Below are positions 53,454 to 63,066 of a DNA stretch of 64,000 nucleotides, one piece after another. The stretch spans positions 6,216 to 70,215 of the forward strand of contig MNIR01000083.1 in NCBI GenBank assembly GCA_001919865.1, written 5' to 3'. The DNA comes from Gemmatimonadetes bacterium 13_1_20CM_4_69_16. Its GTDB lineage: Bacteria > Gemmatimonadota > Gemmatimonadetes > Gemmatimonadales > GWC2-71-9. The notes under the pieces were generated by a model. It saw only the letters and a program-made list of their open reading frames with translations. It was not told the origin of the DNA and did no database searches. Both the position numbers and the translations under genes were made by a program. Each line of letters begins with the position of its first letter. Position 1 is the first letter of the stretch.

Positions 53454-55109
53454 CTAGCGCTTGATGCGTTCTCCTCGATCCTCGTAGCGGAACACCCACG
53501 TGACGAAGCGCGCCGGCTCGATCGGGTCATCGGCACCCACTGCCGTCCAATCCACGTCGCTCCCCGACTCGGCCGCCCGGCTGCGCCGTCGCTCGGCCTG
53601 GGCAACCATCTCCTGCGAGCGTTTGATCCAGATCCCGAATTGCTCCGGACGCAGGTCGACCCAGCCGCGGGCGGCCGCGTCACGCGGGTCGCGGTCGTCG
53701 CTCCCGTCACCAGGTACCACGACCGTGCTGCCGCGGTACAGCCGTTCTCCGTCCGGCGCGAGGATCGGGATCCCTACCGAGAGAATATGGCTCCGGAGCG
53801 CGCGATCCCGCTCCACCAGGGCGTGGGCATCCTGGGCGAGCCCCTGCGCCTGTGACCCGGCGAGCGCCCGCACGCTGGGCCGAATCTGGGCGCAGAGATG
53901 GGACTCGAACAGCAGCTTAGTGAGTCGTGGAGGCCCGAGCATCTCGTAGGCGACGGTGCGGGTCTTCGACTGGCGCTCGAGATCACGCAAGCGCGCGAGC
54001 GCGTGGGCGCGCAGCAGGGCCGCGCGGTACGTCGGCCCGGCGGTGGCGCCGTCCAGCGCCGCGACGATGTCCCGCCCCGTGGGCCGCCCTTCGAGCTCCA
54101 TCGCTACGTACTCCGCCACTTCCTCCGGAGTGATGCACTCCATCTGGCCGAGCCCCGTGACGGTCTCGAACTCGTCCGGGGAGAAGAGGCCGTTCTCGCC
54201 GACGTCGATGTACACCCCCTCGAGTGGCTTCCCCAGATCGCACCACGGCTGCGCGCCCGGCCGGAAGGCATCCACCACAGGCACGGGCTCGGGGCAATCG
54301 ACCAGCGCGATCGGCCGCCCTTTGCGCCGAATCGGTCCGAAGCCAATCTCGCGCCACGCGATCGTCGCGGTGGGCTTGATCTCGATCGTCGCCGGGGCAC
54401 CGGGCGTACGGCCCAGCAGGAACAGCAGCAGCGATTGGGCGCCCGCCACCGCCGACTTGGTCAAGAGCGGCCGACTGGGGCGCTCCTCCGAGTGGGTGTA
54501 GGGGATGTTGAACCCCATGCCGCCGGTGCCGCTCGTGCCGATCTTCACATACGCCTTGGTTTCGGCGCGTCGCAGCGCCTCGACGAGGATCTGCACGTGC
54601 CGGATCAGCTGGGGCATGGTGAGAAGCAGGACGTGACGCTCCACCGCCGCGCGGTCGACCTGGCCGTCGGCCGCGAGCGCGAGCAGGTCCTCGGCGCTCT
54701 TGAGCGGGTCCTGATAGGCGAACGCCGTCGCGGTGTTGATGCTGTCCACGACGGCGTCAGGCTTGTATTTCAGCAACAGCTGGTACAGGAAGCTGCGGTG
54801 GAGGATGTCGTCGGTGAATTCGCTCAGCAGGTCCTCGAGCATCAGCCGGCGGTGCGCGGCGCTCGCCATGATCGCGCCGCGCTCCAGCTGAGCGAGGCTC
54901 GCCGGGAGGAACACGTTTCCCCACTCGACCTCGATCGTGGCGCGGCCGCGGTCCGGCTCGAGCGCCCGCGCGGTCGCGCGCACCTCGTCTTCGAACAGCG
55001 CCACCAGCACCACGCGGCGCGGCGCGGCGGCGAGCAGCCGCCGCGCCACGGCGTGACCCACCAGCCCGCTCCCCCCGAGGATCATCGCCGTCCGGTCACG
55101 CAGTTCCAT
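53454..55109 (-). CDS. NAD(P)-binding Rossmann-fold protein, unknown function
   Basis: 551-aa track ORF. N-terminal ILGGSGLVGHAV dinucleotide loop, DAVVDSINTAT, KIGTSGTGGMGFNIPYTHSE. I cannot place the remainder in a family. Confidence 0.5.
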   Translation of the reverse strand: MELRDRTAMILGGSGLVGHAVARRLLAAAPRRVVLVALFEDEVRATARALEPDRGRATIEVEWGNVFLPASLAQLERGAIMASAAHRRLMLEDLLSEFTDDILHRSFLYQLLLKYKPDAVVDSINTATAFAYQDPLKSAEDLLALAADGQVDRAAVERHVLLLTMPQLIRHVQILVEALRRAETKAYVKIGTSGTGGMGFNIPYTHSEERPSRPLLTKSAVAGAQSLLLFLLGRTPGAPATIEIKPTATIAWREIGFGPIRRKGRPIALVDCPEPVPVVDAFRPGAQPWCDLGKPLEGVYIDVGENGLFSPDEFETVTGLGQMECITPEEVAEYVAMELEGRPTGRDIVAALDGATAGPTYRAALLRAHALARLRDLERQSKTRTVAYEMLGPPRLTKLLFESHLCAQIRPSVRALAGSQAQGLAQDAHALVERDRALRSHILSVGIPILAPDGERLYRGSTVVVPGDGSDDRDPRDAAARGWVDLRPEQFGIWIKRSQEMVAQAERRRSRAAESGSDVDWTAVGADDPIEPARFVTWVFRYEDRGERIKR

Positions 55110-55808
55110 GCAGTCGCTCGATGGCTTGGATCTCGACGGCCGAGAGTCGCCGGTACTTCCCTTCAGCCAGCCGCCCCAGACGCACCGGCCCGTAGGCGAC
55201 CCGGTGCAACCACTCGACCTTGAGCCCCAGCGCCTCGGCCAGCCGGCGCACGATGCGCTGCCGCCCCTCGGCGAGGGTGAGCTCCACTTCGACGCTGCGC
55301 GCCACCGGCCGCACGCGGAAGTCCATCACGCGCACCGGCCGGCCGTCGATCACGATCGGGAGCGCCAGGGCCCGCCGCAGGTCGGCGACGCTCAAGCCGT
55401 GCGCCCGCAGCCAGTAGGTGCGTGGCACCGCGAACCGCGGGTGCATCAGCCGGTGCGCAGCCCCGCCGTCCGTCGTGAGGAGCAGCAAGCCCGAAGTCAT
55501 CACATCCAGCCGTCCAACGTACGTGAGGCCCGGCACCTTGGGGAGCAGCTCGTAGACCGTGCGCCGCCCCTCGGGGTCGCCGCGGCTCACGACATAGCCT
55601 ACGGGCTTGTTGAGCGCGAGCCAGGCGAGGGCGCTCGGGCGCACGGCGCGGCCGTCCACGGTGACGCGCTGCCGTGCGGGATCGACGCTCACGCCGAGCG
55701 TGGCGACCTCGCCGTCCACGCGCACGCGGCCCGCGCGGATCAACTCTTCGGCCTTGCGACGCGACGTCACGCCCGCGCGCGCCAAGGCGCGCTGCAGGCG
55801 CATCAGCG

Positions 55809-55812
<4 letters not shown>
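55096..55812 (-). CDS. rRNA pseudouridine synthase, RsuA/RluB family
   Basis: Track ORF 55096..56172 trimmed to the ATG at 55812 (ATGA overlap). S4 domain LQRALARAGVTSRRKAEELI, catalytic GRLDVMTSGLLLLT. Confidence 0.85.
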
Positions 55813-56331
<519 letters not shown>

Positions 56332-56357
<26 letters not shown>

Positions 56358-57066
56358 GCCGGATCACGATGGGAGCGAACGGGCCGTCCTGCGACAGCCG
56401 CAGCGCGCCGCGCTTGGCGAGCTCGAGCAGCGCGATGAAGGCGGAGAGCATGTCGACCAGCGTGGGGCGCTCCCCCACCACGTCGAGCCAGCCGACCCGC
56501 TCGCGCCCGGCGAGCAGCGTCTCGATCCGGGCGATCGCGCCCTCCACGTCGAGCGGGCGCGGCACAACGCGGTGCAGCACCGGCTCGGGGATGAGCGCGA
56601 TCACCCGTTCGGCGGCGGCGAGCAGGTCATTCAGCTCGATCACCAGCGGGGCCGGCGGCGCCGCGGGTGGCTCCGGGCGGAACCCGCGCCCGAACTGCTC
56701 GGCGCGCCGCGCCGCCGCCTGCGCCAGCCAGTCGACCAGCTCGCGGATCTGCTGGTACTCGAGCAACCGGCGCACCAGCTCCGCTCGCGGGTCCTCCCAC
56801 TCGTCGTCCCCCACGCGCCGCGGCAGCAGCAGCTGCGCCTTGATGCGGAGCAGTCGGGCCGCCATCTCAAGGTAGTCGGCCGCCTGATTGAGCCCCAACT
56901 CGCTGATCACCGCGAGGAACTGATCGGCGATTTTCGCGATCGGGAGATCGGTGATGTCGAGCTCGTCCTCGTGGATCAGGTGCAGCAGCAGGTCGAGCGG
57001 GCCCGAGAACTGCTCGAGCTCGACGACGAAGCCGGCGTCCTGCGCGGCGGGTGGAACAGTCGTCAC
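56332..57066 (-). CDS. scpA: segregation and condensation protein A
   Basis: Track ORF 56332..57318 trimmed to the GTG at 57066 (GTGA overlap). FSGPLDLLLHLI....LDI.DLPIAKI.DQFL. Confidence 0.8.
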
Positions 57067-57722
57067 GAAGCCCCCGCTATGACGAACCCGCGCACCAACA
57101 AGAGCCCGAGGTCCATCAGCCGATGCGCCGGCCACAAGAAAACGCCAATCACGCCCGGCAAGAGCCAGGTGACCGCGAGAATCGGGATGAACCCGAACAT
57201 GTAGAGTTGGCGGTACTTCAGTCCCGCTCCGGGCGGCAACAGGTGGTAGAAGACGTGGCTCCCGTCCAAGGGCGGGATCGGGATGAGGTTGAAGAACGCG
57301 AGCACCAGGTTCAGCCACATCCCGTACAGCGTCATCCGCTGAACGATGCCCAGCGTCCCGGCGAGCGCGGGCACGCCCTGCGCCGCCAGCCCAACGATCG
57401 CGAACAGGCAGGCGAACAGGACGAACAACACCAGGTTGGTCGCGATCCCCGCCAGCGACACGATCACGTCGCCCCGCACGAACTTACGGTACTTGCGGGG
57501 ATTCACCGGCACCGGTTTGGCGCCGCCGAAAGTGTAGGTGCCGTTCGAAGCGACCCACAGCATGACGGGCAGCAAGACGGTCATGAACGGGTCGATGTGC
57601 TTGAGGGGATTGAGCGTCAGCCGCCCCAGCATGTAGGCGGTATCGTCGCCCTGGCGGTAGGCAGCCTCGGCGTGAGCGTATTCGTGGGCCACCATGGAGA
57701 ACAGCAGCACCGGTGCCCACAC
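57063..57722 (-). CDS. M50 (site-2 protease family) membrane metalloprotease
   Basis: 219-aa track ORF with a GTG start. HEYAH zinc motif, GRLTLNPLKHIDP, NLIPIPPLDGSH. Confidence 0.75.
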   Translation of the reverse strand: MWAPVLLFSMVAHEYAHAEAAYRQGDDTAYMLGRLTLNPLKHIDPFMTVLLPVMLWVASNGTYTFGGAKPVPVNPRKYRKFVRGDVIVSLAGIATNLVLFVLFACLFAIVGLAAQGVPALAGTLGIVQRMTLYGMWLNLVLAFFNLIPIPPLDGSHVFYHLLPPGAGLKYRQLYMFGFIPILAVTWLLPGVIGVFLWPAHRLMDLGLLLVRGFVIAGAS

Positions 57723-57810
57723 GAGGAGTTCGAACGAGATGGCGTGCGCTCGGGGTCAGTGACGGACTAAGATAGCGAATCCGCGGGCTGCCGGTCAACG
57801 GCGTAGCGCC

Positions 57811-57839
57811 TTGACCGACCAGCACTTACCCTCTATCTT
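57811..57839 (+). promoter_or_regulatory. putative rpsT promoter
   Basis: TTGACC (57811-57816), 17-nt spacer, TATCTT (57834-57839). GAGGAG Shine-Dalgarno at 57853-57858. Confidence 0.4.
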
Positions 57840-57864
57840 CCGCGCCCAATCGAGGAGACCGTCG

Positions 57865-58122
57865 GTGCCCAGAATCAAGTCCGCCAAGAAGGCGATGCGT
57901 CAGGCACGGGCGCATACCCAGCGCAACCGCGCGCAGCGGTCCGCGCTGCGGACCGCGCTGAAGCGCGTACGCAGCGCTACCTCCACCGACCAGGCGGCCC
58001 AAGCCTACCGGTCGGCCGTGCAACTGCTCGACCGCGCCGCCCGTAAGCACCTCATCCACCGGAACACGGCGGCACGACACAAGTCCCGCTTGGCCGCGGC
58101 GCTTCGCAAACTCTCGAAATAA
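57865..58122 (+). CDS. rpsT: 30S ribosomal protein S20
   Basis: Track ORF 57811..58122 trimmed to the GTG at 57865, 6 nt after GAGGAG. PRIKSAKKAMRQARAHTQRNRA is the S20 N-terminus. Confidence 0.9.
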   Translation: MPRIKSAKKAMRQARAHTQRNRAQRSALRTALKRVRSATSTDQAAQAYRSAVQLLDRAARKHLIHRNTAARHKSRLAAALRKLSK

Positions 58123-58141
58123 GAAGAGACGTCGCCGGCGG

Positions 58142-58948
58142 CTAGAAGGCGGCGAGCTCGGCACCGCACTGCTGGCAGTACCACTCGGTGGGCCGGTTCA
58201 TCGTCCCGCATTCCTTGCATTTCAGCGTCTTATCCGCCTGCTCGTCACCGGCTGAATCGGACGCCTCCGGCAAGACGGGAGCGGGCGAGGGATTTGCCGC
58301 GCGCGGCGCCGAGGGAGGCTGGGCGCGCGGCATGTCGGCTGGGACCACGGGTTGGAATTGGGCGCCGCTCGCGCGCCGCGCCGAAGGAGCCGCGTCATCG
58401 TCTTCCGTCACGGACTTGATGAACGCCAGCTCGTCTTCGTGCCCTACTTTTTGCGGCGTGGGCCTCGCGTGCGGCTGTGGCTTCGGCGGCGGGGTGCTCC
58501 GGACGAGCGGCTTGTTCCCCACGAGCGCGTCGAGCTCTTGCAGCTTGTGGATGTCCGCCTCGACGGCCTGCAGGTCTTCGCGGACCGAGATGAGCTCCGC
58601 GAGCACGTCCTTGTGCACCTGCTCCCACTGCCCTTCGTCGTATTCGCCCACGGAGTGCCGCAGCTCTGTCTCCGTGAGCTTCTCCGCCGCCAGGGCTTCC
58701 TTCTTCTGCAGCTCGCCCCGCAGGTGTCGCTTCTCCTCGATCGCCTGGCGGGCGCTCTCGGCGTGAGCCTTGAGCTCCTCAGTCACCGCGGCAAGCCGGG
58801 CCTCGTAATCGGAGCGGACCCGCGCGCGCACGTGCCCGGGACTCGCGTCCGCCGAGTCGTTCAGGCGGGCGATCCAGGCTTCGTATTGACGGCGCTCCTC
58901 CAGCAGACGCTGGATGATCGCGGTGCTCTTGGAGGTGCCTTTGGGCAT
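58142..58948 (-). CDS. coiled-coil protein with C-terminal zinc ribbon
   Basis: 268-aa track ORF. Long heptad-like Glu/Leu/Arg region, a Pro-rich linker, and C-terminal CKECGTMNRPTEWYCQQCG. Confidence 0.5.
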   Translation of the reverse strand: MPKGTSKSTAIIQRLLEERRQYEAWIARLNDSADASPGHVRARVRSDYEARLAAVTEELKAHAESARQAIEEKRHLRGELQKKEALAAEKLTETELRHSVGEYDEGQWEQVHKDVLAELISVREDLQAVEADIHKLQELDALVGNKPLVRSTPPPKPQPHARPTPQKVGHEDELAFIKSVTEDDDAAPSARRASGAQFQPVVPADMPRAQPPSAPRAANPSPAPVLPEASDSAGDEQADKTLKCKECGTMNRPTEWYCQQCGAELAAF

Positions 58949-59027
58949 AGCACAAATCTATCAAGGCCCCGCCCAAACCCAGCGGCGGAGCGTAAGTTAA
59001 CTGCGGCCATATGGTTGTGGCGCCCCG

Positions 59028-60326
59028 TCAAGCAGCGCTGGGGCCCTCCCCCGGGTGCACGACCGTCCCACCGACCACGGTCAACGCAGCACGGCCCGTG
59101 AGCGTGCGCCCGGCAAACGGGGTGTTTCGGCTCTTCGAGAAGAAAGTTACCGGGTCGACCGTCCACCGTGCCGTGACGTCGAGCACCACCACGTCCGCGG
59201 GTGCCCCGGGTTTGAGCGAGCCCCCGGGCAACCGGAGCGCGGCGGCGGGCGCCGTGCTCATCCGAGCGATCAGCTCCGCGGCCGTGAGCACGCCACCCTC
59301 CACCAGCTCGGTCCACGCCACCCCGAATGCGGTCTCGAGGCCCGCGACGCCGAAGGGTGCATCGTCGAACGCCGCCTCTTTGGCGTCGTACGCGTGGGGC
59401 GCGTGATCGGAGGCGATGCAATCGATCACGCCGTCCTTCAGGGCGGCGCGCAGCGCGGCCACGTCAGCCGCCTCGCGCAGCGGCGGGTTCATCTTGGCCT
59501 GTGTGTCGTAACCCTCGCAGGCGAGGTCGGTGAGGGTGAGGTGATGGGGTGTGACTTCGGCGGTCACGCGGACGCCCCGTTCCTTGGCACGGCGAATCAG
59601 CTCGACCGAGCCCCGGGTCGACATGTGGCAGAGGTGCACGTGGCCACCCGTGAGCTCGGCGAGCAGGATGTCGCGGCCCACCATGATCTCCTCGGCGGCG
59701 GCCGGGATTCCCTTCAGTCCGAGGCGCGTGGCGACGAGTCCTTCGTGCATCACCCCGCCCGCGGCGAGCGTCGGCTCCTCGCAGTGGTCCGCGACAGGAA
59801 TCCCGAAGGTCTGCGCGTATTCGAGCGCCGTGCGCATCATGTGGCTCGAGGCGACCGGCTTCCCGTCATCCGACACGGCGACGGCGCCCGCGCCCACCAT
59901 CTCGCCGAACTCCGAGAGCTGCTCGCCCTTCTGTCCGACCGAGATGGCGCCGATGGGATAGACCCGCGTGAGCCCCGCCCGGGCCGCCTGCCGCACGATG
60001 AAGCCCACCGCGGCCTGGTTGTCGGTCACCGGGTCGGTGTTCGGCATCGCGCACACGGCGGTGAAGCCGCCCGCCGCAGCGGCCCGAGTGCCGCTGGCGA
60101 TGGTCTCGACGTCCTCGTTCCCCGGCTCTCGCAGGTGCACGTGCACGTCGAGGAGCCCGGGGGCGACGACCTTGCCCCGCACGTCCCGCACGTCGGCCCC
60201 ATCCGGCGACCCGAGCCCGGTGCCGACGGCGGCGATTTTGCCGTCCTGGATGAGCACGTCCATGGTCTGGTCGAGCGACCGGCTCGGGTCGATCACACGG
60301 CCGCCCTGCAACAGGAGCGGCCGCAT
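59028..60326 (-). CDS. pyrC: dihydroorotase
   Basis: Track ORF 59028..60734 trimmed to the ATG at 60326 (TGATG junction with pyrB). LDVHVHLREPG, SDHAPH. Confidence 0.9.
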   Translation of the reverse strand: MRPLLLQGGRVIDPSRSLDQTMDVLIQDGKIAAVGTGLGSPDGADVRDVRGKVVAPGLLDVHVHLREPGNEDVETIASGTRAAAAGGFTAVCAMPNTDPVTDNQAAVGFIVRQAARAGLTRVYPIGAISVGQKGEQLSEFGEMVGAGAVAVSDDGKPVASSHMMRTALEYAQTFGIPVADHCEEPTLAAGGVMHEGLVATRLGLKGIPAAAEEIMVGRDILLAELTGGHVHLCHMSTRGSVELIRRAKERGVRVTAEVTPHHLTLTDLACEGYDTQAKMNPPLREAADVAALRAALKDGVIDCIASDHAPHAYDAKEAAFDDAPFGVAGLETAFGVAWTELVEGGVLTAAELIARMSTAPAAALRLPGGSLKPGAPADVVVLDVTARWTVDPVTFFSKSRNTPFAGRTLTGRAALTVVGGTVVHPGEGPSAA

Positions 60327-61297
60327 CACTCGTTCGCTCCCCCGGCCGGCCCCTTTGCCGCGTCCGCGAGCTCGGGCCGTCCGCCGGCCAGCAGGTACAG
60401 CGCCGCCATGCGCACCGCCACACCGTTGGTCACCTGGGCGAGGATGACGCTGTGCGACCCGTCGGCGACGCGCGAGTCGATTTCCACCCCGCGGTTCATG
60501 GGGCCGGGGTGCATGATCGTGAGCTGGCGGGGCGCTCGCTCGAGCCGCTCTTGGGTGACGCCAAACACCCGGTAGTACTCGCGCAGACTCGGGATGAATC
60601 CCCGCTCCATGCGCTCGAGTTGCAGGCGCAGCACGTTCAGCACGTCCGCCCACTCGATCGCCTCCTCGATGCGGCGGAACCGGCAGACGCCGAGCTCTTC
60701 GATGCCGCGCGGCATCAGCGTGGCCGGCCCGCACACGCCCACCTCGGCGCCCAGCTTCAGCAGCCCCCAGATGTTCGAGCGGGCGACGCGCGAGTGGAGG
60801 ATATCACCCACCAGACAGACCTTCAGCCCGGCGATCCTGCCATGCGTGTCGCGGATGGTGAGGAGATCGAGCAGCGCCTGGGTGGGATGCTCGTGCTTGC
60901 CGTCGCCCGCGCTGACGACGTTCGAGCGGATACGGTCACCGAGGAATTGGGCCGCGCCGGACGAGGGATGCCGGATCACTACCATGTCGATCCGCATCGC
61001 TTCGAGGTTCTTCGCTGTGTCGACGAGGGTCTCACCCTTCTGCACGGCGCTGCCCGACGCGGCCACGTTGACCGTGTCCGCCGAGAGGCGCTTCTCCGCG
61101 AACTCGAAGGAGATGCGGGTGCGGGTGGAGGCTTCGAAGAACAGGTTGACGATAGTCTTGCCGCGCAACGCCGGCACCTTCTTGATGGGACGCTCCGACA
61201 CCTCTTTGAACGGCTCGGCGGTGTCGAGGATCAGGCGGATCTGGTCCGGGGAGAGGTACTCGAGCCCGACCAGGTCCTTGCCGAGCACGGCGGTCAT
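60326..61297 (-). CDS. pyrB: aspartate carbamoyltransferase catalytic subunit
   Basis: 323-aa track [31 protein letters not shown]. Confidence 0.92.
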   Translation of the reverse strand: MTAVLGKDLVGLEYLSPDQIRLILDTAEPFKEVSERPIKKVPALRGKTIVNLFFEASTRTRISFEFAEKRLSADTVNVAASGSAVQKGETLVDTAKNLEAMRIDMVVIRHPSSGAAQFLGDRIRSNVVSAGDGKHEHPTQALLDLLTIRDTHGRIAGLKVCLVGDILHSRVARSNIWGLLKLGAEVGVCGPATLMPRGIEELGVCRFRRIEEAIEWADVLNVLRLQLERMERGFIPSLREYYRVFGVTQERLERAPRQLTIMHPGPMNRGVEIDSRVADGSHSVILAQVTNGVAVRMAALYLLAGGRPELADAAKGPAGGANE

Positions 61298-61314
61298 GCG
61301 GCCGCTCCTCGGTC

Positions 61315-61391
61315 CGCGGCTGAAGCCGCGACTCGGCGCCTACGGCTGAAGCCGCTTGAGCGGCAGGCGCCGAGCCGCGAGTTCACTCGCG
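61315..61391. repeat. palindromic intercistronic element, copy 2 (pyrR-pyrB spacer)
   Basis: CGCGGCTGAAGCCGCGACTCGGCGC ... GGCAGGCGCCGAGCCGCGAGTTCACTCGCG. Same ends and same orientation as 16536-16622, with a different central part. Confidence 0.75.
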
Positions 61392-61394
61392 GAT

Positions 61395-61946
61395 TCACGA
61401 GCGACCCCTCGCCACCAGCTCCACCAGATCCTTCCCATCGATCTCCTCTACCAGCACGTCCACGCGCTCCCCGCTGTTCACCTTCACCTGCTTGCCGACA
61501 ATGTCCGGTTGGATCGGCAGCTCGCGACCGCCGCGGTCGACGAGCACGCACAGCGAAATCCGTTCGGGGCGCCCAAAGTCCGCGAGCTCGTCGAGCGCGG
61601 CCCGAACGGTGCGGCCGGTGTACAGCACGTCGTCCACGATCACCACGTGCTTGCCGGTGAGATCGCCGGGGATGCGGGTCTCTCCGATGACCGGCTTCGG
61701 GCCCACGGTCTGGAGGTCGTCGCGATACAGGGTGATGTCGAGGGCGCCGCGGGGGACGACCACGCCCTCGTTCGTCTCGATCTGCTTGGCGATCCGTTCG
61801 GCGAGCTCCACGCCGCGCCGCTGGATGCCGATCAGGACCAGCTGCTCGGTCCCGTGCGCCAGCTCGAGCACCTCGACCGCCATACGCTGAAGCGCCCGCG
61901 ACAAGGCACGGGCGTCCAGGATGGTCGTGCGCTCGGGCCGGCTCAT
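61395..61946 (-). CDS. pyrR: bifunctional pyr operon regulator / uracil phosphoribosyltransferase PyrR
   Basis: Track ORF 61395..62243 trimmed to the ATG at 61946. LIGIQRRGV, PRPP loop VVIVDDVLYTGRTVRAAL. Confidence 0.9.
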   Translation of the reverse strand: MSRPERTTILDARALSRALQRMAVEVLELAHGTEQLVLIGIQRRGVELAERIAKQIETNEGVVVPRGALDITLYRDDLQTVGPKPVIGETRIPGDLTGKHVVIVDDVLYTGRTVRAALDELADFGRPERISLCVLVDRGGRELPIQPDIVGKQVKVNSGERVDVLVEEIDGKDLVELVARGRS

Positions 61947-61990
61947 CTCAGGCTTGGAAGGTAACCAGCGGCACAGCGGGGTCAACGGCG
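61914..61990. repeat. direct repeat A (pyrR promoter-like region plus first 11 codons)
   Basis: About 85% identical to 62903-62973, with a 4-nt indel. Confidence 0.75.
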
Positions 61991-62032
61991 GGGCGCGCCC
62001 GCGAGCACCGCCTGGACTGCCGTGCGGTAGCT

Positions 62033-62848
62033 CTACCTCTGGGACACGCGCACGTAATCGACGCGCATCGTCTGCGGGAACACCGTCGTCGTATCCGGAC
62101 TGCCGGGCCAGTAGCCGCCGACGGCGACGTTGAGGAGGATGAAGAAGGGATGGTCGTACACCCAGGGCCCCGGCAGATCGCTCGGGAGGACGGTCTTGTA
62201 CAGGGTGCTGTCCACGAACCACTGAATCGCGTTCGGCTGCCACTCGATCGCAAACACGTGAAAGTCGTCGGCGAACGCGCCAGTGCTCAGGCTATAGGCG
62301 CTGCTGATGCCGTTGGCACCGGAGTAGTTGGGGCCGTGCACCGTGCCGTGCACGCGCCCGGGCTCTTTCCCGATGTTCTCCATGATGTCGATCTCCCCGC
62401 ACGTGGGCCAGCCGACTTGCGGGATATTGTCGCCCAGCATCCAGAACGCGGGCCACAGCCCTTGCCCGCGCGTGATCTGAATGCGTGCCTCGATGCGGCC
62501 GTACTTCCACACGCCCAGGCCCTGGGTCTTGAGGCGCGCGGAGGTGTACGCCTGGTTACCGAACGCCTCGCGACGCGCCTCGATCACCAGGTAGCCGTTT
62601 TCGACTCGGGCGTTCTCGACCCGATTGGTATAGAACTCGAGCTCGCCGTTCCCCCAGCCATTGCCCCCCGTCTCGCGCACCCATTTCGTGGTGTCGAGCG
62701 CAGTGCCGTCGAACTCGTCGTGCCACACGAGCCGCCACGGCGGCAGCGGTGGGGGGGGACCGGCTGTGCTCCCGGCGGGGGCCTGGTCGGCGCGGCACGC
62801 GAGCGTGGGGCTCACCGCGACCAGGGCGATGGCCAGCACCAGACGCAC
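62033..62848 (-). CDS. GH16 beta-glucanase (laminarinase-like) lipoprotein
   Basis: Track ORF 62033..62983 trimmed to the GTG at 62848, giving MRLVLAIALVAVSPTLAC (lipobox). WHDEFDG, catalytic GEIDIME, LNVAVGG. Confidence 0.8.
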   Translation of the reverse strand: MRLVLAIALVAVSPTLACRADQAPAGSTAGPPPPLPPWRLVWHDEFDGTALDTTKWVRETGGNGWGNGELEFYTNRVENARVENGYLVIEARREAFGNQAYTSARLKTQGLGVWKYGRIEARIQITRGQGLWPAFWMLGDNIPQVGWPTCGEIDIMENIGKEPGRVHGTVHGPNYSGANGISSAYSLSTGAFADDFHVFAIEWQPNAIQWFVDSTLYKTVLPSDLPGPWVYDHPFFILLNVAVGGYWPGSPDTTTVFPQTMRVDYVRVSQR

Positions 62849-62902
62849 ACCTGCAAGTGGCGCGCGGGTTGCCGTCGCAGAAAACGGGTGGTTGCCGCTC
62901 GG

Positions 62903-62973
62903 GTCCAAGATGGTGGTGCGCTCGGGCCGGCTGATCGGTTGGAAGGTAACGACCGGCACGGCGGGGTCAACGC
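62903..62973. repeat. direct repeat B (degenerate copy of the pyrR 5' region upstream of GH16)
   Basis: Aligns with 61914-61990. The pyrR ATG is changed to ATC, and 4 nt are missing just upstream of it (mRNA sense). Confidence 0.75.
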
Positions 62974-63066
62974 CGTGGCGCATCCCGCCGTGCGGGGTTG
63001 ACGCCCAGCAGTGCAGCGCGTCTTTTCGAGCCCGAGCTGCTGCAACATCCCAAGCGGGGAGAGCCT

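Noticed and set aside
61315-61391. The pyrR-pyrB spacer element as a specific PyrR-binding attenuator
   Set aside because: Nearly the same termini occur between gatC and gatA, which are unrelated to pyrimidine control. I also see no UCCAGAGAGG-type PyrR binding loop. It is kept as a generic palindromic repeat, pending a model search.
61947-62032. A PyrR binding loop or leader peptide in the pyrR leader and its duplicated copy
   Set aside because: UUCCAAGCCUGAGAUGAG in copy A only loosely resembles the PyrR loop consensus. It is not conserved in copy B (UUCCAACCGAUCAG). The support is insufficient.
62849-62983. ATG at 62983 as the GH16 start, giving a 316-aa protein
   Set aside because: The extra 45 residues are the degenerate copy of the pyrR 5' region. 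They would bury the lipoprotein signal peptide (MRLVLAIALVAVSPTLAC) internally. The GTG at 62848 gives a canonical N-terminal signal.
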